Shown: one piece after another, positions 10,196 through 19,074 of the stretch
Numbering within the stretch: the first letter of the stretch is position 1
Layout of the letters: the number at the start of each line of letters is the position of its first letter
NCBI GenBank assembly: GCA_963617415.1
Contig: CAVEOK010000007.1
Location: 11,692-75,691 of the forward strand
Origin: Oscillospiraceae bacterium
GTDB taxonomy: Bacteria; Bacillota; Clostridia; Lachnospirales; Lachnospiraceae
DNA: 64,000 bases
Direction of reading: 5' to 3'
Made by a program: the position numbers and the translations under genes
The notes under the pieces: generated by a model
Seen by the model: only the letters and a program-made list of their open reading frames with translations
Told to the model about the DNA's origin: nothing
Databases searched by the model: none

Positions 10196-10482
10196 ATAAA
10201 ACCGATGATCGAGAGAAGTAGGCATGATGAAATGCGCACAGAGAGCTGCAGATGGTGGGATTGCAGCGGCAGGGAATATGCTGAATGGACTCGTGAGGGC
10301 AGATTGAACGCTGTATGATATGGCAAGTAGGTACTGACGGAATCCAACCGTTAATATGGAACGCACATGATGGTGTGCGATAGAGTGGCCGATTGATTCG
10401 GCAATATGGGTGGCACCGCAGAAGGTTATAGCTTCTGTCCCAGGATTTTGCAATATGCAGATCCGGGACAGGAGCTTTTTTT
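10196..10482 (+). promoter_or_regulatory. T-box riboswitch leader, specifier UGG (Trp)
   Basis: K-turn GAUGA (10204-10208) with a 3' partner UGAGG. AGUA in the 5' half of the specifier loop. AGAGAG bulge (10240-10245). Distal GGUG (10254-10257). The 3' half of the specifier loop is GAA-UGG-A (10283-10289), laid out like glyQS GAA-GGC-A. T-box motif AAUAUGGGUGGCACCGCAGAAGG (10403-10425). Terminator hairpin 10430-10476 followed by U7. An upstream TTGACA lies at 10146. Confidence 0.85.
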
Positions 10483-10608
10483 ATCGTATAGGACTTCGTT
10501 CCTATACGATAAAAAGCTCCGCAGGGATCGCACTGCGGCGGATAGGAATTGTGTCGCTAGAGCGACCCGCCGCAGGCGGAGAATCCTGCGAGCAGGATTC
10601 TTTTTTTT
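10483..10608 (+). promoter_or_regulatory. second, non-T-box transcription attenuator / structured leader with its own intrinsic terminator
   Basis: 11-bp hairpin ATCGTATAGGA/TCCTATACGAT (10483-10510). 9-bp helix CTGCGGCGG/CCGCCGCAG (10533-10541 / 10567-10575) enclosing hairpin GTCGC-TAGA-GCGAC. Terminator GAATCCTG-CGAG-CAGGATTC (10581-10600) followed by T8. The 5' segment GCTCCGCAGGGAT (10516-10528) can pair imperfectly with the terminator's 5' arm. Confidence 0.55.
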
Positions 10609-10626
10609 ATCGCATAGGAGGAAAAG

Positions 10627-11721
10627 ATGAAACTGGAAAATTATGAAGTACATTTACCGAGCTATTCTATTGGAAATAGCATTTATGACAAGATCGGACC
10701 TGTCTGTGAATCTTATGGCAGAACAGTATTGATCATTGGCGGAAAAAGGGCCTTGGATGCAGCGCTGGATAAAATTTCGGCAGCAGTAGAGAAGACAAAT
10801 CTGGAGATTATCGGCACAGAGCTTTACGGAAAGGACTGTACCTTCGAAGGAGTTGAAAAGCTGCGGGCACTGCCCTCCTATCAGGAGGCAGATATGGTTT
10901 TCGGTGTTGGAGGAGGCAAGGCTCTGGATACGGTAAAATGTCTCTGTATTACGGATGACAAGCCGGTCTTTACCTTCCCGACTATTGCCTCAAACTGTGC
11001 AGCCTGCACAGCGGTATCCATTATGTATAAGGAGGATGGCAGCTTCCTGATGCCGGATTTCTATGTTCGTCCGGCTATGCATGCCTTTATTGATACGGAG
11101 ATCATCGCCAAGGCACCTGCCTGCTATATGTGGGCTGGAATTGGTGATACCTATGCCAAATTTTATGAGGCAACTATTTCTTCCCGTGATGAGAGACTGG
11201 AGCATTTTACGGCAGTGGGTCTTGCAGTTTCCAAAATGTGTCTGGATCCGCTTCTTGACTACGGAGAAAAGGGCTTTTCGGATCACCAAAAGGGTATTTC
11301 TTCTTATGAAGTGGAACAGCTGATTCTGGCAATTGTTGTTACTACTGGTATTGCATCCATCTTCCTGACAAAGGATTTTACGCCGGATTATAACAGCGGC
11401 TTGGCGCATGCAGTGTTTTATGCCCTGACCTCTTATCCAATCATTGAGGAAAAGCATCTGCACGGAGAGGTTGTAGGATTTGGTGTTCTTTTGGCTCTGC
11501 TTGTTGATGGACAGACAGAAGAATTTGAAAAGATCTATCAGCTGAATAAGGCAATTAAACTGCCGGTTTCTCTTGAAGAAATTGAAATTTCAAAGGAGCA
11601 GTGGGAGGAAACCATAAAGCTGATTCCGCAGATGTCCGACATCGCACATTATCCTTATGCAGTTACACCTCAGATGCTGGCAGATGCCATGCAGGCACTT
11701 GAGAAAAGAAATAGGAGCTGA
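10627..11721 (+). CDS. glycerol-dehydrogenase-like (GldA / iron-ADH / DHQS-like superfamily) oxidoreductase
   Basis: GGGKALDTVK nucleotide-binding block. Candidate metal ligands at GIGDTYAKFYE (Asp), LAHAVFY (His) and HLHGEVVGFG (His). Confidence 0.75.
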   Translation: MKLENYEVHLPSYSIGNSIYDKIGPVCESYGRTVLIIGGKRALDAALDKISAAVEKTNLEIIGTELYGKDCTFEGVEKLRALPSYQEADMVFGVGGGKALDTVKCLCITDDKPVFTFPTIASNCAACTAVSIMYKEDGSFLMPDFYVRPAMHAFIDTEIIAKAPACYMWAGIGDTYAKFYEATISSRDERLEHFTAVGLAVSKMCLDPLLDYGEKGFSDHQKGISSYEVEQLILAIVVTTGIASIFLTKDFTPDYNSGLAHAVFYALTSYPIIEEKHLHGEVVGFGVLLALLVDGQTEEFEKIYQLNKAIKLPVSLEEIEISKEQWEETIKLIPQMSDIAHYPYAVTPQMLADAMQALEKRNRS

Positions 11722-11726
11722 TCAAT

Positions 11727-12899
11727 ATGAACAAACAAGGAAAAACAAAATCTCTTATTCTGGGGGTTGCCTTTATCTGGTTTACCACTCACTTTGGAGG
11801 CGGTTTCGCATCCGGCGCTCAGATTTATACCTACTATGTAAAATACGGAATTTACTGCCTTTTTATGCCGGCGTTGGCTATGCTTTATAATGCGGTATTT
11901 TTTGCATATTGCCTTCGCTTTGCCCGTAAGCATGAGGTTTATGATTACCGTTCTTACAACAATGCATTTTATGGCAGATTTGCCCCGATCTTTTCCAATC
12001 TTTTTGAGCTGCTTTATCTCTGTGTGATGTGTGTTGCCCCGGCAGTGGCTTTTGCTACCGGAGGCGCGACCTTAAGCACTCTGACGGGAATGCCTTATCT
12101 GCTTTGCACCCTGATCATTGGTCTCTTTATTTTTCTTGTAGCGATTTTTGGTACGGATCTGGTTCGAAAGGTTGCAACCGTATTGTCAGTCTGCATTATT
12201 GCAGGACTTTTGATCGTGTATATTCCTAATATCATCAGTGGCTCCTCTGCAATTGCGCAGAGCATACAGGAGATGAGTGCACAGCCGGCACCCTTTGGAA
12301 AGGCACTTTATGCAGCCTTCCTCTACGGTACCTTCCAGCTTTCGAATGTAGCAGTTTTTGTGCAGCATGCAAAATCCTTTGAAAAGCCCAATGAGGCCAT
12401 AAAGAGTATGGGAATCGGCTGGATCATCAATGCCCTGCTCATGATCATGGTTGTGCTGGGTCTGCTTTCCGTTAGTTCTGATCCGGAGATTGCCCAGCAG
12501 AGCATTCCGACTCTTTTCATGGTACAAAACGGAGTAGGAAAAGCGCTTCTGACGCCCTTGATCTCCATCCTGATCATTCTTGGCGCGGTTTCTACGGCAG
12601 TCAATATGGTGGCGGCTATGGTAAAGCGTGTTGACAGCGGTATGGATCAGCTTGCTTTGGCAAAGAAGAAGACTGAAAGGGAAGAAAAAGATAAGGAAAA
12701 AAAGATCACTTCCCGCCAGATTCTGATTGCCTTGATCTGCTGTATTGTTGATTTTGGAATTGCCCAGTTCGGTCTGCTGACTCTGATCCAAAAGGCATAT
12801 AGTGCTCTGGCTTATCTGGCTATTCCGGTCATCCTGATTCCCTATATCATTCACATGATCGCAACACGTTTTGATACAAAGAAAGTTAAGAATCTGTAA
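11727..12899 (+). CDS. polytopic membrane protein, YkvI-like putative transporter
   Basis: About 11 hydrophobic segments. The N-terminus FIWFTTHFGGGFASGAQ resembles the YkvI/COG3949 family. It starts 6 nt after the upstream gene. Confidence 0.55.
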   Translation: MNKQGKTKSLILGVAFIWFTTHFGGGFASGAQIYTYYVKYGIYCLFMPALAMLYNAVFFAYCLRFARKHEVYDYRSYNNAFYGRFAPIFSNLFELLYLCVMCVAPAVAFATGGATLSTLTGMPYLLCTLIIGLFIFLVAIFGTDLVRKVATVLSVCIIAGLLIVYIPNIISGSSAIAQSIQEMSAQPAPFGKALYAAFLYGTFQLSNVAVFVQHAKSFEKPNEAIKSMGIGWIINALLMIMVVLGLLSVSSDPEIAQQSIPTLFMVQNGVGKALLTPLISILIILGAVSTAVNMVAAMVKRVDSGMDQLALAKKKTEREEKDKEKKITSRQILIALICCIVDFGIAQFGLLTLIQKAYSALAYLAIPVILIPYIIHMIATRFDTKKVKNL

Positions 12900-13056
12900 A
12901 TCCTAAGTCGAATAGCTGGAAATTCCTTCGCAAAGTCATTATACTGTTATGGAGTATCTTTTATGGAGTAGGAAATTTGTTCCTATATAAAAGGTACTCC
13001 ATAAAAATTTGTAAGGGGAATTTATCTCCATTGCAATAGAATATAAGGAAGAGAAT

Positions 13057-13800
13057 ATGGCGAACAATCAGCATTTTAGAATAAACGGAATACAGAGGAG
13101 CGGCGGGAAAAGAAGACAGGGGACGCTCAAGGGAAAAAGAGCAAGAGAAAGGAAAACCAATCATCCCCTTTATATTATCCTGAACCGCTACGGCAGATGG
13201 ATCATTATCGGTATTTTGATTCTGATCGTGTTGGTCTTTATGATTTCTGCTTTTAGCAGCAGCCACAAAAAAACAGTTCTGATGAGAAGAGGCTATGTAG
13301 CTTTGGACCAGGATGTTCTGCAGTGGAAGAACCTGGTACATCAGTATGCCAAGGAAAACGGTATCGAGACCTATGAGGAATATCTTCTGGCCATTATCGA
13401 GGTGGAAACCGGCGGAACCATGTCTGCCGATGTTATGCAGTCCAGTGAATCACAGGGACTTCTGGTAAATTCTTTAAATGAAGAAGAATCCATTAAGCAG
13501 GGCTGTCTTTATTTTGCAGCTTTAATTGTAAAGGCAAAAGAGGCAGGCTGCGATATGAATACAGTTGTGCAGGCCTATAATTATGGATCGGATTTTATTG
13601 ATTATGTAAAAGCCAATGGAGATGGTGTCTACAGCATCAAGCTGGCAGAGCAATTTGCCTATGAAAAATCAGGCGGAGCAACGGCTGATGTAACTCTGCC
13701 GATCGGCTATCAGGCAAATGGCGGCTGGCGTTATAAATTTGGCAATATGTTCTATGTCTTTGAGGTAAACCGGTATGTTGAGCATCAGCTGACGCTTTGA
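13057..13800 (+). CDS. membrane-anchored lysozyme-like (CwlT-type lysozyme family) protein
   Basis: Basic N-terminus, one TM segment, then LLAIIEVETGGTMSADVMQSSES, typical of the Lysozyme_like family. Confidence 0.7.
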   Translation: MANNQHFRINGIQRSGGKRRQGTLKGKRARERKTNHPLYIILNRYGRWIIIGILILIVLVFMISAFSSSHKKTVLMRRGYVALDQDVLQWKNLVHQYAKENGIETYEEYLLAIIEVETGGTMSADVMQSSESQGLLVNSLNEEESIKQGCLYFAALIVKAKEAGCDMNTVVQAYNYGSDFIDYVKANGDGVYSIKLAEQFAYEKSGGATADVTLPIGYQANGGWRYKFGNMFYVFEVNRYVEHQLTL

Positions 13801-13812
13801 TAGGAGGAAGAG

Positions 13813-14682
13813 ATGATTCAGGATATCGCACCGCGGGAGCTGAGGATTGAATATGAGGAAAAGACGCCAAAGGAATCCGATCTGGTCTGCGTTTTTTCCG
13901 GCAGAGAGATCCTGATCCGGATAGAGGAGGATGGCATTTCCCTGCCTAGCTTAGGAGAGCTGCAGCCTTTAGGGGGAGAGCTTCGCTATCTTCTGTCGAC
14001 TGCAGAGATCGAAGGAGCCATAGGGCAGCGTTTTTTCCTTTATCAGGGAGAAGAAAGACCGGAGATAGAAGGTTACTCCTATCAGGAAATTCGCAGGATC
14101 AGAGGGAAAAAGCCGGAAGAGCTGGCTTTTGCCCTGGCGACGGCTTATCATTTATCTGTCTGGTATAGAAATAATCGTTTTTGCGGCCGCTGTGGTCACA
14201 AAATGATCCATGATCAGCAGGAGCGTATGGTAAAATGTCCTTCCTGCGGAAATATGGTCTATCCCAAGCTCATGCCGGCGGTAATTGTGGGAGTGACAAG
14301 AGGCGATAAGATACTGGTCAGTCGTTATGCCGGAAGAGCTTATAAGGGATATGCTCTGATCGCAGGCTTTTGTGAGATTGGAGAGAGCTTCGAACAGACC
14401 GTCAGGAGAGAGGTCATGGAAGAGGTTGGCCTTAAGGTAAAAGCGATTCGTTATTATAAGAGTCAGCCATGGGGCTTTGATCAGGATCTTCTGGCCGGTT
14501 TTTTCTGTGAAGCAGTCGGAGATCCGACCATTCATATGGATGAAAATGAGCTGTCCTATGCAGAGTGGATTTCACGGGAAGAAATGGAAAAGACGATGCA
14601 TGATCAGGTTTCCCTTACCGGAGAGATGATGGAATATTTTCGTTTGGGAAAGCTGGAAGCTGTAAAGCCGAATAGGCCATAA
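13813..14682 (+). CDS. nudC: NAD(+) diphosphatase (NADH pyrophosphatase), Nudix
   Basis: Zinc ribbon CGRCGHKMIHDQQERMVKCPSCG followed by the Nudix box GFCEIGESFEQTVRREVMEEVG. Confidence 0.85.
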   Translation: MIQDIAPRELRIEYEEKTPKESDLVCVFSGREILIRIEEDGISLPSLGELQPLGGELRYLLSTAEIEGAIGQRFFLYQGEERPEIEGYSYQEIRRIRGKKPEELAFALATAYHLSVWYRNNRFCGRCGHKMIHDQQERMVKCPSCGNMVYPKLMPAVIVGVTRGDKILVSRYAGRAYKGYALIAGFCEIGESFEQTVRREVMEEVGLKVKAIRYYKSQPWGFDQDLLAGFFCEAVGDPTIHMDENELSYAEWISREEMEKTMHDQVSLTGEMMEYFRLGKLEAVKPNRP

Positions 14683-14694
14683 GAGGATGATGGT

Positions 14695-15900
14695 ATGGGA
14701 GATACAGAAGAAAAAAGGGAAGAGGAAGTCATTGTAGAGGCTTCTGCGATCAAAGAAGAAAAGCTGCCGGACTTTCATTCTGTTGAAGTGAAAAATCCGA
14801 AAAGCGAAAGAGTGCTGAGGCTGGAAAAGGAGATTCGCTCCAGACACGGTGAGGAGGTCTTTCGAAACAAGAGACTGCAGATCGAGCAGGATTATGTTTC
14901 GAAGATGTTAGAATCCATTGAGAAAAGCCTGAAGAATGAAAAGGACGCCCAAAGGCAGAATGATCTTTTTGAGGAAAGAATCCGGACAGATGTCTACCGT
15001 ATGCACGGACTCAGTCAGGACAAGCTGCAGGGCATGAGTGAGAGAAGGATTGCCTGGATTCAGGGAACTGCCTTTGCTCTTTTTTTCCTTTCCTGCGTTA
15101 TGGTGATTTTATGCGGAGCGATCCATGGTTTCGGTGATTCCCTGACCCTTTTTGCAGCCTTTTTTACGGCGATCGAGGGAACATTGCTGACCAATGGAAA
15201 GAGACGGTTCAAGGTGGTCAGCGGACTGATCGGATTTTTGTATTTGATTCTTTTCCCGATCATCCTTTTTATGTTTGTCTGCAGGGAAGAAAACTTTGCC
15301 CAGTATGATTTTCTGCTGTCTGTTTTCTCTATTGCGGGACTTGCCATTCTGGTTGTCGGTTCGGTTTCTTACTTTATGTATAATCCTTATCAGGAGGATG
15401 CGAGAGCACTGAAGCAGGCAAACCGCTATCTGAAGAAGATGGAAAAGGCAGCTTCTTCTGATGTAAGACTGAGAGAGAAGAGCCTGGAGAAAGAAAAGAA
15501 ACAGGAAGAAAAGGAAGCAGAGAAGGAACGCAGACAGAAGGAAAAAGCGGCCGAGAAGGAACGCAGGCAGCAGGAAAAGGCGGCTGAGAAGGAAAAGAAG
15601 CGCCAGGAAAAGGAAGCTGCGAAGGAAGAGAAGAAAGCTGAAAAGGAGAAGCAGAAGACTGCAGAACAAGTGGAAGAGATCTTCGAGGAGATACAGCCTG
15701 AAGCGGAGAAGAGTGCAGACGAGGCTTCAGTAGAAGAAGCGATTAGCGAGAAATCAGATAAGGCGGGAAGCGAAGAGACAGAATCCGAACCGGAGGAAAA
15801 AGCCGAATCAGATCATACAGAGGAGTCTAATGATGTATCTAAGGCTGATCCGTCATCCGAAAAGGTATTGGATGCTGAGTTTGTGCAGATAGAGGATTAA
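14695..15900 (+). CDS. hypothetical membrane protein with a Lys/Glu-rich repeat tail
   Basis: Central TM cluster (about 4 segments). The C-terminal half has 11-aa repeats AEKERRQKEKA encoded by 33-nt tandem repeats (15517-15615). Confidence 0.6.
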   Translation: MGDTEEKREEEVIVEASAIKEEKLPDFHSVEVKNPKSERVLRLEKEIRSRHGEEVFRNKRLQIEQDYVSKMLESIEKSLKNEKDAQRQNDLFEERIRTDVYRMHGLSQDKLQGMSERRIAWIQGTAFALFFLSCVMVILCGAIHGFGDSLTLFAAFFTAIEGTLLTNGKRRFKVVSGLIGFLYLILFPIILFMFVCREENFAQYDFLLSVFSIAGLAILVVGSVSYFMYNPYQEDARALKQANRYLKKMEKAASSDVRLREKSLEKEKKQEEKEAEKERRQKEKAAEKERRQQEKAAEKEKKRQEKEAAKEEKKAEKEKQKTAEQVEEIFEEIQPEAEKSADEASVEEAISEKSDKAGSEETESEPEEKAESDHTEESNDVSKADPSSEKVLDAEFVQIED

Positions 15901-15925
15901 GAAAAAAACAAGTAGGTGAGTGTCT

Positions 15926-17095
15926 ATGGGAAATATACTCGATTATCTTGATTGGAGGGGAGATATTCCACTTTCCCTGATTCCTTTCGGAAGAGTGGAT
16001 GCCCTGATTTTGTCCGTGCTTTCCTATGTAAAGCTGGAGGGAATCGTGCCTCAGCCTGGTCAGGGAGAGATTAGCTTAGAAGAAGCGGCAGAGGCTTTTT
16101 TTGCCTGCCACAGTGAGAAGGAGCTGAAAGAGGACAAGACCTTTACGAATTTTGCACCGGAGGTACTTAGAAAAGCGGCGGCATCGGCTCGTTTTGGAAA
16201 AAGTATTCTCCGGAATTTTTGCAATCATGTAGATCTGGAGCATGAGCTGCAGTTTTCGGCCATGGAGATTTTGACAGAGGATGGCGTATCCTTTCTTTCC
16301 TACAAGGGGACAGATGATACTATTATTGGCTGGAAGGAGGATTTTAATATCAGCTACCGGACGGTTCCGGCAGATGAGGAGGCAGTTGCTTATCTAAATT
16401 TCGTTCATGCAAATACGAAAGGGAAAATCCGTTTGGGCGGACATTCCAAGGGTGCACATCTTGCCCTTTATGCGGCGGCCTTTTGTAGGGAAGACATCAG
16501 AGATCGGATTACGGAAATCTATGAAAATGATGGTCCGGGCTTTAATTGGGAGATGCTGGAGAACTGCGATCGGGAAAGGCTGAAGCCTCTGATTTACAGA
16601 GTGATTCCGCAGACGGCGATCATTGGAAGTCTCCTTTATCATTTGAAGGAGGCGGATATTGTCCGAAGCGATGAAAAGGGTCTGATGCAGCATAATCCGA
16701 TTTCCTGGCAGATCATGGGCGGCGATTTTGTGACAGAGGAAAGCTGCAGCAAAAAAGGAAAAATCTTTGAGGAGACCTTCAATACCTGGATTGTGTCTGT
16801 TGGAGAAGAGGATAGAAAAGGCTTTATTGATGACATGTTTTCCGTATTGCAGGCGCCGGGCTTTACCACGATCAAGGAGGTCAGACAGGCAGGCCCCAAG
16901 GATTCAAAGATTATGTGGGAGCGGCTTCAGAGAATTGATCCCAGAAGCAGAATGATCATTGAAAAACTAATTCTGATATTTATCGGTAATTGGGCCATAG
17001 CAGGTGTGAAAAAGGAAAAGAAAGCACAAGGGAAGAAGGCAGCAAAAACAAGGAAAAAGAAAGGGAGTATAGAAAAAAATGAAACTAAATTATAA
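15926..17095 (+). CDS. DUF2974 (Mbeg1-like) alpha/beta-hydrolase family protein
   Basis: N-terminus NILDYLDWRGDI and a lipase-like GHSKGAHLALYAA nucleophile elbow. The ATG at 15926 is preceded by AGGTGAG. Confidence 0.7.
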   Translation: MGNILDYLDWRGDIPLSLIPFGRVDALILSVLSYVKLEGIVPQPGQGEISLEEAAEAFFACHSEKELKEDKTFTNFAPEVLRKAAASARFGKSILRNFCNHVDLEHELQFSAMEILTEDGVSFLSYKGTDDTIIGWKEDFNISYRTVPADEEAVAYLNFVHANTKGKIRLGGHSKGAHLALYAAAFCREDIRDRITEIYENDGPGFNWEMLENCDRERLKPLIYRVIPQTAIIGSLLYHLKEADIVRSDEKGLMQHNPISWQIMGGDFVTEESCSKKGKIFEETFNTWIVSVGEEDRKGFIDDMFSVLQAPGFTTIKEVRQAGPKDSKIMWERLQRIDPRSRMIIEKLILIFIGNWAIAGVKKEKKAQGKKAAKTRKKKGSIEKNETKL

Positions 17096-17513
17096 GGAAT
17101 TATATGAAGAAACAGCCTTAAATAAGGAAAATATCGAGGCCTACGCAAAAGAAATGCAGGGCTTTGAGAAGATGACAGAAGAAGAAAAAAAGAAATTCTA
17201 TGCGAAGGGCGTTTATTTCTGTGCACACCTTCCCATGCCGGAAAAGGAGAAAGAGCGTGCGGTTGCCACGGATATTCTGAATCATATCCTGCATCAGGTA
17301 GGAGACAGGGCAGCCTCCCAGGCTCTGATGTCTGTTCTGATCGGAATAGGGATCATTGCCATGAATGAGCTGCGGATGGAAAAGGGACAGCCGGTTCGGA
17401 ACCAGGAGATCTATATTTATGTAGATCCCCGGCAGCTGGAGGCGGTAAATGATGCCAGAAGAAAGCTTTTTATGGTTCCTGAAGATCCGCAAAGCAGTGA
17501 TTTAAATAAATAA
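17079..17513 (+). CDS. hypothetical protein
   Basis: 144-aa ORF with an AAGGGAG RBS upstream. It overlaps the preceding gene by 17 nt. No family recognised. Confidence 0.45.
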   Translation: MKLNYKELYEETALNKENIEAYAKEMQGFEKMTEEEKKKFYAKGVYFCAHLPMPEKEKERAVATDILNHILHQVGDRAASQALMSVLIGIGIIAMNELRMEKGQPVRNQEIYIYVDPRQLEAVNDARRKLFMVPEDPQSSDLNK

Positions 17514-17961
17514 CCTGAGAAACAGCAATGAGAATGCTGCGGAGCATTCTGTTTTCAAGAGGAGCTGACTTGTCATAGGGCAGGGGCTCTTCTTTTTTTG
17601 TATCAAACATATAGCTCAAAAGGGATTCAAGCTCATCACAGAAAAAGTTGTAGGCGGTCTCTGCATCGCAGCTTTTCTTCTGCATTTCGAACATATCAGC
17701 AATGTGTTCCATGGAAAGAACCTGCTTGGCAATGACCATGAAAAGAAGGGAAGCAATCTGTTCCTCGTTGTATCTTTTTTTGATGGGACGGTCAATATAG
17801 CCATGCTTGACATAGTTGCTGATCATGGAAGAGGTGATGCTGATATCCCCCAGAGGGGCGACGGCCTGATTGATATATTCAATGGTTTGCTCCAGATAAA
17901 GTCCGATGGTAGGAATCTCCTGATATCTGGGCATGTGGAATTGATCTATCTTATGGTTCAT
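17470..17961 (-). CDS. DUF1836 domain protein
   Basis: MPRYQEIPTIGLYLEQTIEYIN...ITSSMISNYVKHGYI is typical of DUF1836. The preferred start is ATG at 17961, preceded by GGAG. It is divergent from degV, as is common for this family. Confidence 0.7.
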   Translation of the reverse strand: MNHKIDQFHMPRYQEIPTIGLYLEQTIEYINQAVAPLGDISITSSMISNYVKHGYIDRPIKKRYNEEQIASLLFMVIAKQVLSMEHIADMFEMQKKSCDAETAYNFFCDELESLLSYMFDTKKEEPLPYDKSAPLENRMLRSILIAVSQVIYLNHCFADLQEP

Positions 17962-18108
17962 AAAACGTTCTCCTTTATATGAATGTATTTTACATCGGTT
18001 TTTAAAAAACCGCAAGATAAGTATTTAATATCTTGACATAGGGAAAAGGGAGGTATATGATTAACGCATAAAGAGTTTTTGAAAAACCGATGAAAGGATA
18101 TGTGAAAT

Positions 18109-18942
18109 ATGAAATATAAGATCGTAGCAGATTCCTCTGCAGACAGAAAGAGTCTTGATTCAGAAGCCTTTACCGCGGTGCCCTTGCATATTATCGTCGG
18201 TGAACAGAGCTTTACGGATGATGAGAACATTGATACAGACCAGATGCAGGAAGCCTTGGATCAGTGCAAAAAGCCTACAACCTCCTCCTGCCCCAGCCCG
18301 GGAGACTGGCTGGATGCCTTTGGAGATGCAGATTTGGTATTCTGTGTTGCCATGACGAGTGCACTTTCAGGAAGCTACGCTTCCGCCTGCACGGCAAAGC
18401 ATATCTATGAAGAAGAATATCCGGATCGCAAGGTTTATGTATTTGATTCTCTTACGACAGGCCCGGAAATGGCCCTTGTCATTGATAAGCTTGAGGAGCT
18501 TCTGGCAGAAGGCAAAGGGGCAGAAGAGGTGATCAGCGAGCTGGAAAGCTATCGGAAGAGAACTCACCTTACTTTTATGATGTCCTCTATCAAAAATATG
18601 GCAAAGAACGGCCGTGTAAGCAGTCTTCTGGCAAAAGGAATCAGCCTTGCCAGTATCCGTCTGGCATGTGAAGCCAGTGAGGAAGGCAAGCTTTCCCTCC
18701 GGGATAAATGCAGAGGTCAGAAGAAAGCCTTGGAGAAGATGTTCAGCTTCATGAAGGAAAGAGGCTATAAGGGAGGAAAGGTTATTATTTCCTATCATTT
18801 AAATCATGATGCAGCCAAGCAGATGAAGGAAAAGATTCAGTCACTTTTTCCTGCAGCTAAGGTGGAAATCCATAAGGCCGGTGCCCTTTGCAGCTATTAT
18901 GCAGAAAAGGGTGCGATCCTGATCGGATATGAAACCCTGTAA
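18109..18942 (+). CDS. DegV family fatty-acid-binding protein
   Basis: MKYKIVADSSAD start, SSCPSPGDW and SGSY motifs. A TTGACA-17-TATGAT promoter lies at 18034-18062. Confidence 0.85.
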   Translation: MKYKIVADSSADRKSLDSEAFTAVPLHIIVGEQSFTDDENIDTDQMQEALDQCKKPTTSSCPSPGDWLDAFGDADLVFCVAMTSALSGSYASACTAKHIYEEEYPDRKVYVFDSLTTGPEMALVIDKLEELLAEGKGAEEVISELESYRKRTHLTFMMSSIKNMAKNGRVSSLLAKGISLASIRLACEASEEGKLSLRDKCRGQKKALEKMFSFMKERGYKGGKVIISYHLNHDAAKQMKEKIQSLFPAAKVEIHKAGALCSYYAEKGAILIGYETL

Positions 18943-18972
18943 GAAAAATAAAAATCAAACAAAGTCCAAAAG

Positions 18973-19011
18973 AAAAAGACGGGAAACGCATCTGACGTTT
19001 CTCGTCTTTTT
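18973..19011 (+). terminator. intrinsic terminator after degV
   Basis: AAAAAGACGGGAAACG ... CGTTTCTCGTCTTTTT hairpin plus a T-run. Confidence 0.75.
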
Positions 19012-19074
19012 ACTAAACAGGGTGGGGGCATTATGGTAAAATAAATAGAAAATGAAAGAAAGGCGGACCTTTTA

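Noticed and set aside
10591-10604. A 14-nt identity AGCAGGATTCTTTT shared with 30060-30073 in the hem operon leader.
   Set aside because: Several exact 14-mer matches are expected by chance in 64 kb, and the similarity does not extend on either side.
10175-10653. Small ORFs of 74-92 aa on both strands in the 10.17-10.65 kb gap.
   Set aside because: They overlap the T-box and second attenuator structures, lack RBSs, and have Arg/Ser-rich nonsense-like translations. The region is better explained as non-coding leader RNA.
15517-15660. Regularly spaced repeats that could superficially suggest a CRISPR-like array.
   Set aside because: The units are contiguous 33-nt repeats without spacers, lie in frame inside a CDS and encode a Lys/Glu repeat. 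No cas genes or spacer-repeat architecture exist anywhere in the window.
17470-17513. A 44-nt overlap of the convergent genes 17079-17513 (+) and DUF1836 (-).
   Set aside because: Tail-to-tail overlaps of this size occur without special function. The plus-strand 144-aa ORF is itself only moderately supported, so the overlap may partly be an annotation artefact.
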